This document shows positions 44,741-54,321 of a stretch of 64,000 nt of DNA, in pieces. The first letter of the stretch is position 1, and each line of letters starts with the position of its first letter. Position numbers and translations under genes: made by a program. The DNA is from an uncultured Clostridia bacterium (GTDB lineage: Bacteria > Bacillota > Clostridia > TANB77 > CAG-508): NCBI GenBank assembly GCA_949745595.1, contig CATJWN010000070.1:54092-118091 (forward strand), written 5' to 3'. Under the pieces are notes generated by a model. The model saw only the letters and a list, made by a program, of their open reading frames with translations. It was not told the DNA's origin and made no database searches.

Positions 44741-46930
44741 ATGAAGATTGTTAAAAGAGATGGACACATAGTTGATTATGATCCAAGTAAAATAAGAACA
44801 GCTATTAAAAAAGCAAATGTAGAGGTTAGACCAAAAGAAAGAGCAACAGAAGACGAGATACAAAGTATTGTAGAATACATTGAGGAATTGAATAAGAAAA
44901 GAATTCTTGTTGAAGATATACAAGATATTATTGAAGAGAAATTGATGGAAATTGATAGATATCAATTGGCCAAAAAATATATTACTTATCGTTACACTAG
45001 GGAATTAGTTAGAAAAGCAAACACAACAGATCAAACTATAAAAGAATTAATTGAGGGTGAGAACGAATACTGGAATAGTGAAAATTCAAATAAAAATGCT
45101 GAGCTTGTAACTACACAAAGAGATTATTTAGCAGGTATTACAAGTACAGATATAACAAGAAGATTTTTACTACCAGAGGAAATTGTTAAAGCACATGATG
45201 AAGGAATTATACATTTTCACGACGCAGACTATTTTGCACAAAATGCACTACACAATTGTGAGCTTATTAACTTAGATGATATGCTTCAAAATGGTACAGT
45301 TATAAATGGTGTTATGATTGAAAAACCACACAGATTTATAACGGCTGCAACTATTGCTACACAAATCATTTTAGCAGTTACATCTTCTAGTTATGGTGGT
45401 GCAACAGTTACACTTACACATTTAGCGCCATTTGTTAGAAGTAGCTATGAGAAATACTATAAGAAATATAAAGAGAGAAAACTAAGTGAAGCAGATTGTG
45501 AAAAATATGCTTGGGATGACACAAGAAAAGAAGTTGCAGATGGTGTTCAAACTTTTAACTATCAAGTAAATTCAATGACAAATACAAATGGGCAAGCTCC
45601 TTTCTTAAGTGTATTTATGTATATGAATGAAACTAAACAATACAAAAAAGAACTAGCAATGATAATTGAAGAATTCTTAAAACAAAGAATTATTGGTTTT
45701 AAAAATAGAAAAGGTGTATATATTACGCCAGCTTTCCCAAAACTTTTATATGTACTCGAAGAAGATAATATTAAAGAAGATGGAGAATATTTTTACTTAA
45801 CAAAACTTGCAGCAGAATGTACAGCTAAGAGATTAGTACCTGATTATATTTCTGAAAAAGTTATGTTAGATCTAAAAGTAAATGAGAATGGCGAAGGTGA
45901 TTGTTATCCTTGTATGGGTTGCAGAAGCTTTTTGACACCAGATAGAGCAATGTCATTAGGAAATATTGCTAAAGCTAAAAATTATGAAGAAGGTAAAGGT
46001 AAATATTACGGAAGATTTAATCAAGGTGTTGTTACTATTAACCTACCTGATGTAGCTTTATCTTCTAAGGGTGATATAAATAAATTCTGGAAAATATTTG
46101 ATGAAAGACTAGAACTTTGTCACAAAGCTTTACAATTAAGACATAAGAGATTAAGCAATGTTACAAGTGATGTTGCACCAATCTTATGGCAAGATGGAGC
46201 ACTAGCTAGACTTGAGCCAGGAGAGAGTATTCACGAATTATTACATCACGGTTATAGTACTATTTCACTTGGATATGCTGGTTTATATGAGTGTGTAAAA
46301 TATATGACAGGAAATTCTCATACAGACAATGGTGAAGGAAAAGAGCTTGGCTTAGAGATTATGAAACACTTAAATGATGCAGCTAAAAAATGGAAAGAAG
46401 CAGAGGATATTGATTATTCTGTATATGGTACTCCAATTGAGTCTGTAACATATAAATTTGCAAAATGTTTAAAAGAGCGTTTCGGAACAGTTGAAGGCGT
46501 AACAGATAGAAATTACATTACAAATTCATATCACGTACCAGTTTTCGAGGATATAGATGCTTTCACAAAATTAAAATTGGAAAGCGAATTCCAAAGATTA
46601 AGTCCAGGTGGAGCAATTTCATATATTGAAACACCAAACTTACAAAATAACTTAGAGGTTATTTTAGATGTTATCAAATTTATTTATGAAAATATTATGT
46701 ATGCTGAACTTAATACAAAATCTGATTATTGTCAGAAATGTGGCTATACAGGCGAAATTATGATTGATGACAATTTAGAATGGTATTGTCCAAATTGCGG
46801 TAATACAGATCACACTACTTTAAATGTAGCAAGAAGAACATGTGGATATATCGGAACAAACTTCTGGAACAAAGGAAGAACACAAGAAATAAAGGAAAGA
46901 GTTTTACACATTGATAATAAGGACGCTTAA
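44741..46930 (+). CDS. nrdD: Anaerobic ribonucleoside-triphosphate reductase
   Basis: ATP cone, CMGCRSFL, GRFNQGVVT, CxxC pairs, RRTCGY glycyl radical loop. Confidence 0.96.
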   Translation: MKIVKRDGHIVDYDPSKIRTAIKKANVEVRPKERATEDEIQSIVEYIEELNKKRILVEDIQDIIEEKLMEIDRYQLAKKYITYRYTRELVRKANTTDQTIKELIEGENEYWNSENSNKNAELVTTQRDYLAGITSTDITRRFLLPEEIVKAHDEGIIHFHDADYFAQNALHNCELINLDDMLQNGTVINGVMIEKPHRFITAATIATQIILAVTSSSYGGATVTLTHLAPFVRSSYEKYYKKYKERKLSEADCEKYAWDDTRKEVADGVQTFNYQVNSMTNTNGQAPFLSVFMYMNETKQYKKELAMIIEEFLKQRIIGFKNRKGVYITPAFPKLLYVLEEDNIKEDGEYFYLTKLAAECTAKRLVPDYISEKVMLDLKVNENGEGDCYPCMGCRSFLTPDRAMSLGNIAKAKNYEEGKGKYYGRFNQGVVTINLPDVALSSKGDINKFWKIFDERLELCHKALQLRHKRLSNVTSDVAPILWQDGALARLEPGESIHELLHHGYSTISLGYAGLYECVKYMTGNSHTDNGEGKELGLEIMKHLNDAAKKWKEAEDIDYSVYGTPIESVTYKFAKCLKERFGTVEGVTDRNYITNSYHVPVFEDIDAFTKLKLESEFQRLSPGGAISYIETPNLQNNLEVILDVIKFIYENIMYAELNTKSDYCQKCGYTGEIMIDDNLEWYCPNCGNTDHTTLNVARRTCGYIGTNFWNKGRTQEIKERVLHIDNKDA

Positions 46931-46942
46931 GCTGAAGTTGTT

Positions 46943-47048
46943 ATGAACGTAGTGAATTACAGATTTAGTTCGCAACGGAAGCAGCAAATACGAAGTATTT
47001 GCGAACAGCGGAGTTACGTTCATGTAAAATTGCGAAAATAGCGGAGTT
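46943..47048. repeat. Structured intergenic element with nested inverted and direct repeats
   Basis: ATGAACGTA/TACGTTCAT, GCAAATAC-gaa-GTATTTGC, twice TTGCGAA..AGCGGAGTT. Confidence 0.55.
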
Positions 47049-47074
47049 GCACACATATAACAGGGGAGTAAAAA

Positions 47075-47569
47075 ATGAGATATAGCAAAATAAGAAAAAT
47101 GGATATTTCAAATGGAAAAGGAGTTAGAGTATCAATTTTTATGCAAGGTTGTACTTTTAATTGTAAAAACTGTTTTAATCCAGAAACACATGATTTTGAA
47201 GGTGGAGAAGAGTTTACAGATAGCACAATAGATAAAGTACTAGAGCTTTGTAGTAAAGACCATATTGACGGTTTATCTATATTAGGTGGTGAACCAATGC
47301 ACCCTAAGAATATCGAAGGAACTACTAAACTTGCTAAAGCTTTTAAAGAGAAATTTCCAAACAAAAATCTTTGGGCTTGGACAGGCTATAAATTTGACGA
47401 ATATTTAAAAGATAAAGAAATTTCAAAATACCTAGATGTTTTAATAGATGGGCAATATGTAGATGAGCTTCATGATCCAACACTAGAGTGGCGTGGCTCT
47501 TCTAATCAAAGAGTAATTGATGTTCAAAAAAGTTTGCAAGCAGGAGAAGTAGTAGAAATTTGTAAATAA
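47075..47569 (+). CDS. nrdG: Anaerobic RNR activating radical SAM enzyme
   Basis: CTFNCKNC, LGGEP, WRGSSNQ. Confidence 0.95.
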   Translation: MRYSKIRKMDISNGKGVRVSIFMQGCTFNCKNCFNPETHDFEGGEEFTDSTIDKVLELCSKDHIDGLSILGGEPMHPKNIEGTTKLAKAFKEKFPNKNLWAWTGYKFDEYLKDKEISKYLDVLIDGQYVDELHDPTLEWRGSSNQRVIDVQKSLQAGEVVEICK

Positions 47570-47651
47570 TGATAATAAATGAGCAAAGTCTTGGAATTTT
47601 GCTCATTTTGTATTATAATATACGAAAGATTAAGAGGAAGGATAGAAGTTT

Positions 47652-48432
47652 ATGGAATTTAATTATAAAATATTAAACCCAGGTGGAAATAAAACAGCAA
47701 TAGTAATAGGAAATGAATATAGTAAAGAAGAAAGAAAAGAGATAAATGATAAAATATTAAAAGATAATCCAGAAGTAGAGCAAGTAGGTTTTATTAGTAC
47801 AGATAAGAATAGATTAGATATGGCAGGTGGCGAGTTTTGCGTAAATGCTACTAGATGTGCAATTTGGGAATATCTAAAAGGTGAAGAAGGAGAAATTGAG
47901 CTTGAAGTTTCTGGACTTAAGAGTAGAGCAAAGGGTGGAATAACAGCTAAAAAAGATGTATATGCAGATATGAAAGTAGAAAAAGGATTAAGTAATTTAA
48001 TAGAGAAAAAAGGAATATATAACATAGTTAAATTAGACGGAATAACACTTGCAGTTGTTGAAGAAAAGGATAGCAAAGAATATATAAAACTTTTAAAAGA
48101 AGATGAAAACAAAGCTAAAAATGAATTAAAAGAGATAATGAAAACTTTTAATACAGAAGAGAGTGCAGCAGGTATTATTTTGTTAGAAGAAGAAAACGGA
48201 AGAACAAAAATAAATCCTGTTATTTGGGTAAAAACTGTAGATACTCTATATTATGAAACAGCTTGTGGCAGCCGGAAGCTTAGCAACTACAATATATAAA
48301 TATGCTATATCAGGTTTAGAAAATTTAGAAATAGTACAACCTTCTGGATATAGTATAGATGTTACTTTAAATATATCAGAAGATTATATTGAAAAAGCAG
48401 TTATATTAGGAAAAGTAATGGAAAATGAGTAA
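47652..48432 (+). CDS. DapF-fold epimerase/racemase (CntK-like); +1 shift at CGG 48273-48275; 259 aa
   Basis: NPGGN, MAGGEFCVNA, ETACGS then G-SLA...QPSG in +1 frame to TAA 48432. Confidence 0.75.
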
Positions 48433-48499
48433 AAATACTACACAAATTAAAAATAATATGATACAATATAAAAGTAAAAATTAAAAGGAGGAATTGAAG

Positions 48500-49225
48500 A
48501 TGTCAGGACATAGTAAATGGCATAATATTGCAGCTAAAAAAGGTAAAGCAGATGCTGCAAGAGGAAAAATATTTACAAAATTAGGTAGAGAAATATTAGT
48601 AGCAGTTAAGCAAGGTGGACCTGATCCTGCCGGAAATTCTAAATTAAAGGATGTTATAGCAAAATGTAAAGCAAATAACATGCCAAATGATACAATAAAT
48701 AATGCAATTAAAAAAGCTTCTGGAGAAGGAAGCTCAGCAGTATATGAGGAAATTACATACGAAGGTTATGGAGCAAATGGTGTTGCTGTTATAGTAAATG
48801 CAAGTACAGATAATAAAAATAGAACAGCAGCAGATGTTAGACATATGTTTGATAAAGCTGGAGGAAACTTAGGAACTTCAGGTTGCGTATCATATATGTT
48901 TGAGAAAAAGGGTGTAATTGTTATAGAAAAAGAAGGATGTAAATTAGGAGAAGATGATTTAATGATGCTTGCTATTGAAGCTGGTGCAGAAGATTTTTCA
49001 GCTGAAGAAGAGGTATTTGAAATCACAACAGCTCCAAATGATTTTACAGCAGTTACAGAAAAATTATCAGCAGAAGGAATTACTTTCTTAGAAGCTGGTG
49101 TACAAATGGTACCAAGCACTTATGTACAACTTGATGAAAAAGGTGCAGAAAAAATGCAAAGATTGATTGACAATCTTGAAGATTTAGATGATGTTGTTGA
49201 AGTATTCCATAACTGGGAAGAATAA
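48500..49225 (+). CDS. YebC/PmpR family protein
   Basis: [22 protein letters not shown]. Confidence 0.95.
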   Translation: MSGHSKWHNIAAKKGKADAARGKIFTKLGREILVAVKQGGPDPAGNSKLKDVIAKCKANNMPNDTINNAIKKASGEGSSAVYEEITYEGYGANGVAVIVNASTDNKNRTAADVRHMFDKAGGNLGTSGCVSYMFEKKGVIVIEKEGCKLGEDDLMMLAIEAGAEDFSAEEEVFEITTAPNDFTAVTEKLSAEGITFLEAGVQMVPSTYVQLDEKGAEKMQRLIDNLEDLDDVVEVFHNWEE

Positions 49226-49230
49226 ATTCA

Positions 49231-49259
49231 GTATAATTTTTTTGAAATCTCTCATACTA
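49231..49259 (+). promoter_or_regulatory. SigG-like forespore promoter of gpr
   Basis: GTATA-N17-CATACTA. Confidence 0.6.
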
Positions 49260-49279
49260 AGGTATGGGAGATGTTTTTT

Positions 49280-50213
49280 ATGATTTTTAGAACTGATTTA
49301 GCTCTTGAAAGAAGAGAAGTGTATAAGAAAGCTCAAGCTATCGAAGATGAAATCGAGGGGATTGAGTGTAATGAGGAAAAGCCAAACGAGAGAATTCAAA
49401 TAACTAGAGTTAAGATTTTAAATGAAAAAGGGGAAGAGGCACTTTCAAAACCAATAGGTGAGTACATTACTTTAGATATATCAAAAGTAAAATATATGGA
49501 AGAAGAAGCTATTGAAGAAGCGAGTAATATATTAGCAGAAGAGATAAAAAAATTAGTGGATAAACATATTGGAAAGGAAGAACCAGTTTTAATTGTTGGT
49601 CTTGGAAATGAGTATGTAACACCAGATTCGCTAGGGCCGAAAGTTGCAAATGACATTGAAGTTACAAGACATATAATTAAATATTGTCCACAATTTGTAA
49701 AAGAGGGTACAAGAGAAATATCTGCAGTTTCACCAGGGGTATTGGGGGTAACTGGTATAGAAACTTTGGAAATTGTTAAGGGTATAGTAGAAAATGTAAA
49801 ACCTAAATTACTAATTGTAATTGATAGCTTGTGTTCTAAAAATATTGAAAGAATAAGTAGCTCAGTACAATTATCAGATACTGGAATTGTTCCTCGGAGC
49901 AGGAGTAGGGAATACGAGAGCAGAATTATCTGAGAGAACACTTGGCATTCCAGTAATTGCTTTGGGAGTTCCAACAGTTGTAGAAGCTGCTACAATTACA
50001 AATGATGGTTTAGATTTATTTATACAAAAATTACAAGATGAAGCGAAATCTAATGAGTATCTAAACAAGTTAAGAGAAGAAGATAATTATGAAGAAATAA
50101 AAGAAGCACTTTTGCCAAATGATTTTAATTTTATAGTTACACCAAAAGAAATAGATGAGTTAATAGAAAACATGTCAAAATTAATTTCTTATGGTATAAA
50201 TATGAGCTTGTAG
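49280..50213 (+). CDS. gpr: Germination protease GPR; +1 shift at CGG 49895-49897; about 310 aa
   Basis: RTDLALE, VGLGN, TPDSLGP, DTGIVP then G-AGVGN, GVPTVV, VTPKEID. Confidence 0.93.
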
Positions 50214-50278
50214 TTAAACAAGCTCAATTTTTTGCTTTTTGAATAAAATAATATATAAAGTTTTAAGAAGGAGGAGAT

Positions 50279-50773
50279 ATGAAATCTTTTTGTATAAAAT
50301 TGAGTAGTGATAAGCAAGAAAGTTTTTTGATAGAACAGTTAAGCCAAATAAAGTATATTGATTTTGTTATTTCTTCTTTTCAGTTTAAAATATTTAAAAA
50401 TATAATAGTCCATTATAAAGGAGATAATATAACTTTATTTAATCAAGCGATAAGCGAAGCTATTGGTAATACTATACAAAAATTTTATGAAGAAGAAATA
50501 TTAGAGAAAATGATAAGGAAAAATTATTTTTACTTAAGTGAAGACGAACAAGATAGTATAATAAGAATTTCTTTAAGAATTTTAGTTGCAAGCAAAGAAA
50601 ATGACGATTTTGGAAAAGAGATTTTAAAAGAGCTTATATATGAGTATATAGAAGAAAATAAAAAAATGATTTTAGAAGGTTTTGTTACTTTTAGAACAAA
50701 AGAATATAAAGAAACCTTAGACTATATTGCGGAACTTGCAGTGACTTCATATTTGAATTTAATACAATATTAG
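50279..50773 (+). CDS. YtxC-like sporulation-associated protein
   Basis: LEGFVTFRTKEY motif. Confidence 0.6.
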   Translation: MKSFCIKLSSDKQESFLIEQLSQIKYIDFVISSFQFKIFKNIIVHYKGDNITLFNQAISEAIGNTIQKFYEEEILEKMIRKNYFYLSEDEQDSIIRISLRILVASKENDDFGKEILKELIYEYIEENKKMILEGFVTFRTKEYKETLDYIAELAVTSYLNLIQY

Positions 50774-50819
50774 CTTTTAATTTAAAAACATTTGTGATAG
50801 AATTATTGCAGGTGATAAA

Positions 50820-51516
50820 ATGACAGGTTTTGTTTTAAAAATGCTTGCAATAGTAAGTATGACACTAGATCATATAAAATATGCAGTGCCAGCTACAAAT
50901 AATTTTGTAACAATGTATTTTGGAAGGATTGCTTTTCCAATATTTGCTTTTTTAGTAGCAGAAGGCATGATACATACAAAAAGTAGGAAAAAATATTTAT
51001 TAAGAATGACTATTTTTGCTGTAATTTCTCAGATACCATATATACTTTTTAGAGGGCTAATTTCAGATAGGTTTGTACTAAATATAATGTTTACTTTTCT
51101 ATTTGCAATCATAGGAATCATGATATTTGATTGGTTTGAAAAGCTAGAAAGCTATCCAAGTTTTTTGAAATTTATAACAATAGCATTAATTGCAAGTTCT
51201 ATTTTAATGATGACTAATTTTATATCAATAGATTATGGTTGGTATGGAATAAGTACAGTGTGGTTATTTTATGTTTTGAAAGACAAGAAAATTTTGAGAA
51301 CTTTGCGGATATATTATTTTAGTTTGCTTATATTATTTTTCAAGATATATTGGATTTTTAAATCAGTTAGATTATATAAGTTTATTTTTTGCAGCATTAC
51401 CTGCAATTATAATTTTATTTTACAATGGAAAAGAAGGAAAGAAGCTAAAATACTTTTTCTACCTTTTTTATCCAGTGCATATGCTAATATTTTATGGATT
51501 ATCTTTTATTTTTTAG
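50820..51516 (+). CDS. TraX-family membrane acyltransferase-like protein; +1 shift at CGG 51306-51308; 231 aa
   Basis: LDH, GRIAFPIFAF, SQIPY, DYG; +1 frame gives YNGKEG...KYFFYLFYPVH. Confidence 0.85.
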
Positions 51517-51522
51517 ATATAA

Positions 51523-51546
51523 AAAGTCTCCCAAAAGGGAGACTTT
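51523..51546. terminator. Bidirectional terminator
   Basis: AAAGTCTCCC-aaaa-GGGAGACTTT just after the recoded TraX stop at 51516. Confidence 0.75.
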
Positions 51547-51558
51547 AATTTTATAATT

Positions 51559-52848
51559 TTATGCAAAAGCTTGACGCTTTTTGAAAGATAAAAGATTTGT
51601 AATTTCGTTTGGCTTCTTGTTTGTCGCTGCTTTTTGTGCTTCTTCTTGAGCAATTTGTTTTGCTTGTCTTTCTGCCATTGTTTCACAGATTGCTTTTTGA
51701 TAAGTAAAGTGGGTGTCTTGAGCAATTTTAGTCCAATTATATTTTGTTTTCACTTCTTGTTTAGCATTTTTTACAATATTATCACACAATTTGTGGTCAA
51801 ATAGAAGAGCTAAAATTGAATCTGCAAGAGAATTTGAGTTTCCTGCATAACTCTTCATACCAGTAACACCATGATCAACGATTTCATTTAAACCACCAAT
51901 ATCTGTAACAACAGTAGGAACACCTGAAAGCATAGCTTCAATTGCAACAATTCCAAAAGGCTCATAAGTGCTAGGGAAGACAGCAATATCCGCACATTTA
52001 TACATTTTTTGTACTTGTTTTGGAGAAAGTTGACCTGTAAAATATACTTTATTTCCAAGACCTAAACTATTAACTTCGTTTTGAAGTTCTCCAAGCATGC
52101 CACCTTTACCAGCAACTATAAGTTTTGCGTCATGATAATTATTTAAAATTTTAGGCATAGCACCAATTAAGTGTTGAATACCTTTTTCATAAACTAATCT
52201 ACCCATAAAAAGAATAATTTTTTCATTATCCATAGCGTATTTACGCCTAAAGTCATAATCTCTTTCACTAACAGTAAAGTTAGAAGGGCTAACACCATTA
52301 GGTACAACATTTATTTTTTCAAAAGGAAGTCCGAACAATCTTTGTAATTCATTTTTCATATAATTACTATTAACAATAACTTCTGAAGATTCGTAAGTAA
52401 GCATCCATTCAGTATCATTAATATACTTTTGCTGTTGTTCTCTGATACCACTATTTCTTCCTGCTTCAGTAGCATGGATAGTAGAAACGATAGGTGTATT
52501 ATATGAAGTTTTTAAAGTTTTTGCAGCATAAGCAACTAACCAATCATGAGCGTGAATAATATCAAAATTTCCTTCTTTTGCAATGATTTCACCAGTTTTT
52601 GCTATCATATTAAAATTAAGTTGCATAACCCAATCTATAAAATTATTTGGTTGTATCATAAAATTGTCAACTCTGTAAACTTGTACCCCATTGTCATCTT
52701 CAAAGTATGGTACATTACCATCTCTATAAGTAACAACTGTAACTTCGTGACCATCTTTTATTAATCTATGAGATAAATCGTGAACAACTCTAGCAATCCC
52801 TCCTACAACTCTTGGGGGATATTCCCATGATAGCATTAAAATTCTCAT
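51559..52848 (-). CDS. GT4 glycosyltransferase (alpha-glucan synthase-like)
   Basis: WEYPP..GG, HAHDW, GRLVYEKG, YEPFGIVAIEAM. Confidence 0.9.
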   Translation of the reverse strand: MRILMLSWEYPPRVVGGIARVVHDLSHRLIKDGHEVTVVTYRDGNVPYFEDDNGVQVYRVDNFMIQPNNFIDWVMQLNFNMIAKTGEIIAKEGNFDIIHAHDWLVAYAAKTLKTSYNTPIVSTIHATEAGRNSGIREQQQKYINDTEWMLTYESSEVIVNSNYMKNELQRLFGLPFEKINVVPNGVSPSNFTVSERDYDFRRKYAMDNEKIILFMGRLVYEKGIQHLIGAMPKILNNYHDAKLIVAGKGGMLGELQNEVNSLGLGNKVYFTGQLSPKQVQKMYKCADIAVFPSTYEPFGIVAIEAMLSGVPTVVTDIGGLNEIVDHGVTGMKSYAGNSNSLADSILALLFDHKLCDNIVKNAKQEVKTKYNWTKIAQDTHFTYQKAICETMAERQAKQIAQEEAQKAATNKKPNEITNLLSFKKRQAFA

Positions 52849-53160
52849 TTGATTTTTGCTCCTTTCAAACTTTCTTTTGTAACCAAATTTTATGATTAAA
52901 TTCTTCTATTATTCTATATAAAAAAATACTAAAAGTAAACAGATTTTGACAAAAAAAACAAAAAAATTTTTAAAAAACTTGACAGATTACATTTATATTA
53001 CAATTGCGTTAATAAATGTTTCACAAATAAAAATTAAGATTTAAAAAATTAAAAAAAATAGGATTTAGGTATTGTTTTTAATTTTCTTTTAGTATATGAT
53101 ATATGAATAGAGTGAATATATTATTTAGAAGATATATAAGATTATACCAAGGAGGAAGCA

Positions 53161-54261
53161 ATGCCTAAGAAAACAACAGAAAATGAAGAAAAAAATAAGA
53201 AGAAAAATGTAGCAAAAAATAATACAGTGGCAAAGAAAAATTCTACAAAGAATGGTAAAAAGAGAACTAATAAAAAAAATACTAGTTCTAAAAAAGCTAC
53301 AAGTAAAAATACAAAGACTAATGTATCTTCTAATAAAAAGAAAAACAATACAAAAAATGTAACAAGAAAAGTCGAAAATAAGAAGATAGAGACTAAAAAT
53401 GAAGTGAAAAAAGCTGAACCTAAGAAAGAGGCAATAAAAAAAGACGAAATTAAAGAAAAAACAGTTATAGAAAAAATAAAAGCTTTTATTGCCAAAATAG
53501 TTGCAATGCAAGAAGAAGCTAGACTTGAAGCTGAAAATGAGAAAGCAAAAACAGAAGGAAAAGAAAATCCTAAAGCAAAGAAATCAGAGAAGAAAGTAGA
53601 ACCAATTTCTACATCATATATGTTAGAATATTATGATTTACCATATAGATATAATGAGACAGTTGTTAAAATATTAGCACAAACACCAAAAAGATTATTT
53701 GTATATTGGGATATTTCAGATAATGACAGACAAAAATATTTGCTTGCTTTTGGTGAGAGATTTTTTGAAGAAACTTACCCAGTATTATTAGTTCACAATG
53801 AAGATATGAATTATACTTTTGAAGTCCCAATAAATGATTTTGCAAATAGTTGGTATTTAGATATAAATGATTCAAAAGCAAAATATACAATTCAACTTGG
53901 TAGAAAGTTTAGAGAAAAACCAGAAATGGTAAATATAATTGCTTCTACAGGAACTGAGAGTGTCGTATTACATAATGATTATGTACCAATTATTACTTCA
54001 AATATATTAGAGGTACCAAATGACCATATTTTATTTGAAAATTTACAATCAAAAGTTTTATATAGAAATGTAAAAACAGGCACAGATAGTTATGTAGAAA
54101 TTGACAATTTAGAATTTAGCAAGAGAATGGGTAAAATTTACAGCATTTATGATGTTTACAAAGAGATCTATAAGAATGAAATTGATAGTGAAACATTGAC
54201 AGATTTATTAAATCCATCAAGTATGACATCAAGTAAAATGTCAAGCAATGCGTTTATATAA
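53161..54261 (+). CDS. DUF4912-like protein with Lys/Asn-rich N-terminal tail
   Basis: DLPYRYNET..LAQTPKRLFVYWD, SWY; context next to GH57. Confidence 0.75.
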   Translation: MPKKTTENEEKNKKKNVAKNNTVAKKNSTKNGKKRTNKKNTSSKKATSKNTKTNVSSNKKKNNTKNVTRKVENKKIETKNEVKKAEPKKEAIKKDEIKEKTVIEKIKAFIAKIVAMQEEARLEAENEKAKTEGKENPKAKKSEKKVEPISTSYMLEYYDLPYRYNETVVKILAQTPKRLFVYWDISDNDRQKYLLAFGERFFEETYPVLLVHNEDMNYTFEVPINDFANSWYLDINDSKAKYTIQLGRKFREKPEMVNIIASTGTESVVLHNDYVPIITSNILEVPNDHILFENLQSKVLYRNVKTGTDSYVEIDNLEFSKRMGKIYSIYDVYKEIYKNEIDSETLTDLLNPSSMTSSKMSSNAFI

Positions 54262-54321
54262 AAGAGAATATGAGAGGCGTATTTGTCTTACGCCTCTATT
54301 TTTTAAATAGAGGAGAAGTTA

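Noticed and set aside
50820-51516. TraX-like gene as sign of a conjugative element
   Set aside because: No relaxase, T4SS or integrase nearby; flanked by housekeeping genes
53161-53500. A-rich repetitive tract as CRISPR or tandem repeat
   Set aside because: Low-complexity Lys/Asn coding sequence with no fixed repeat-spacer period
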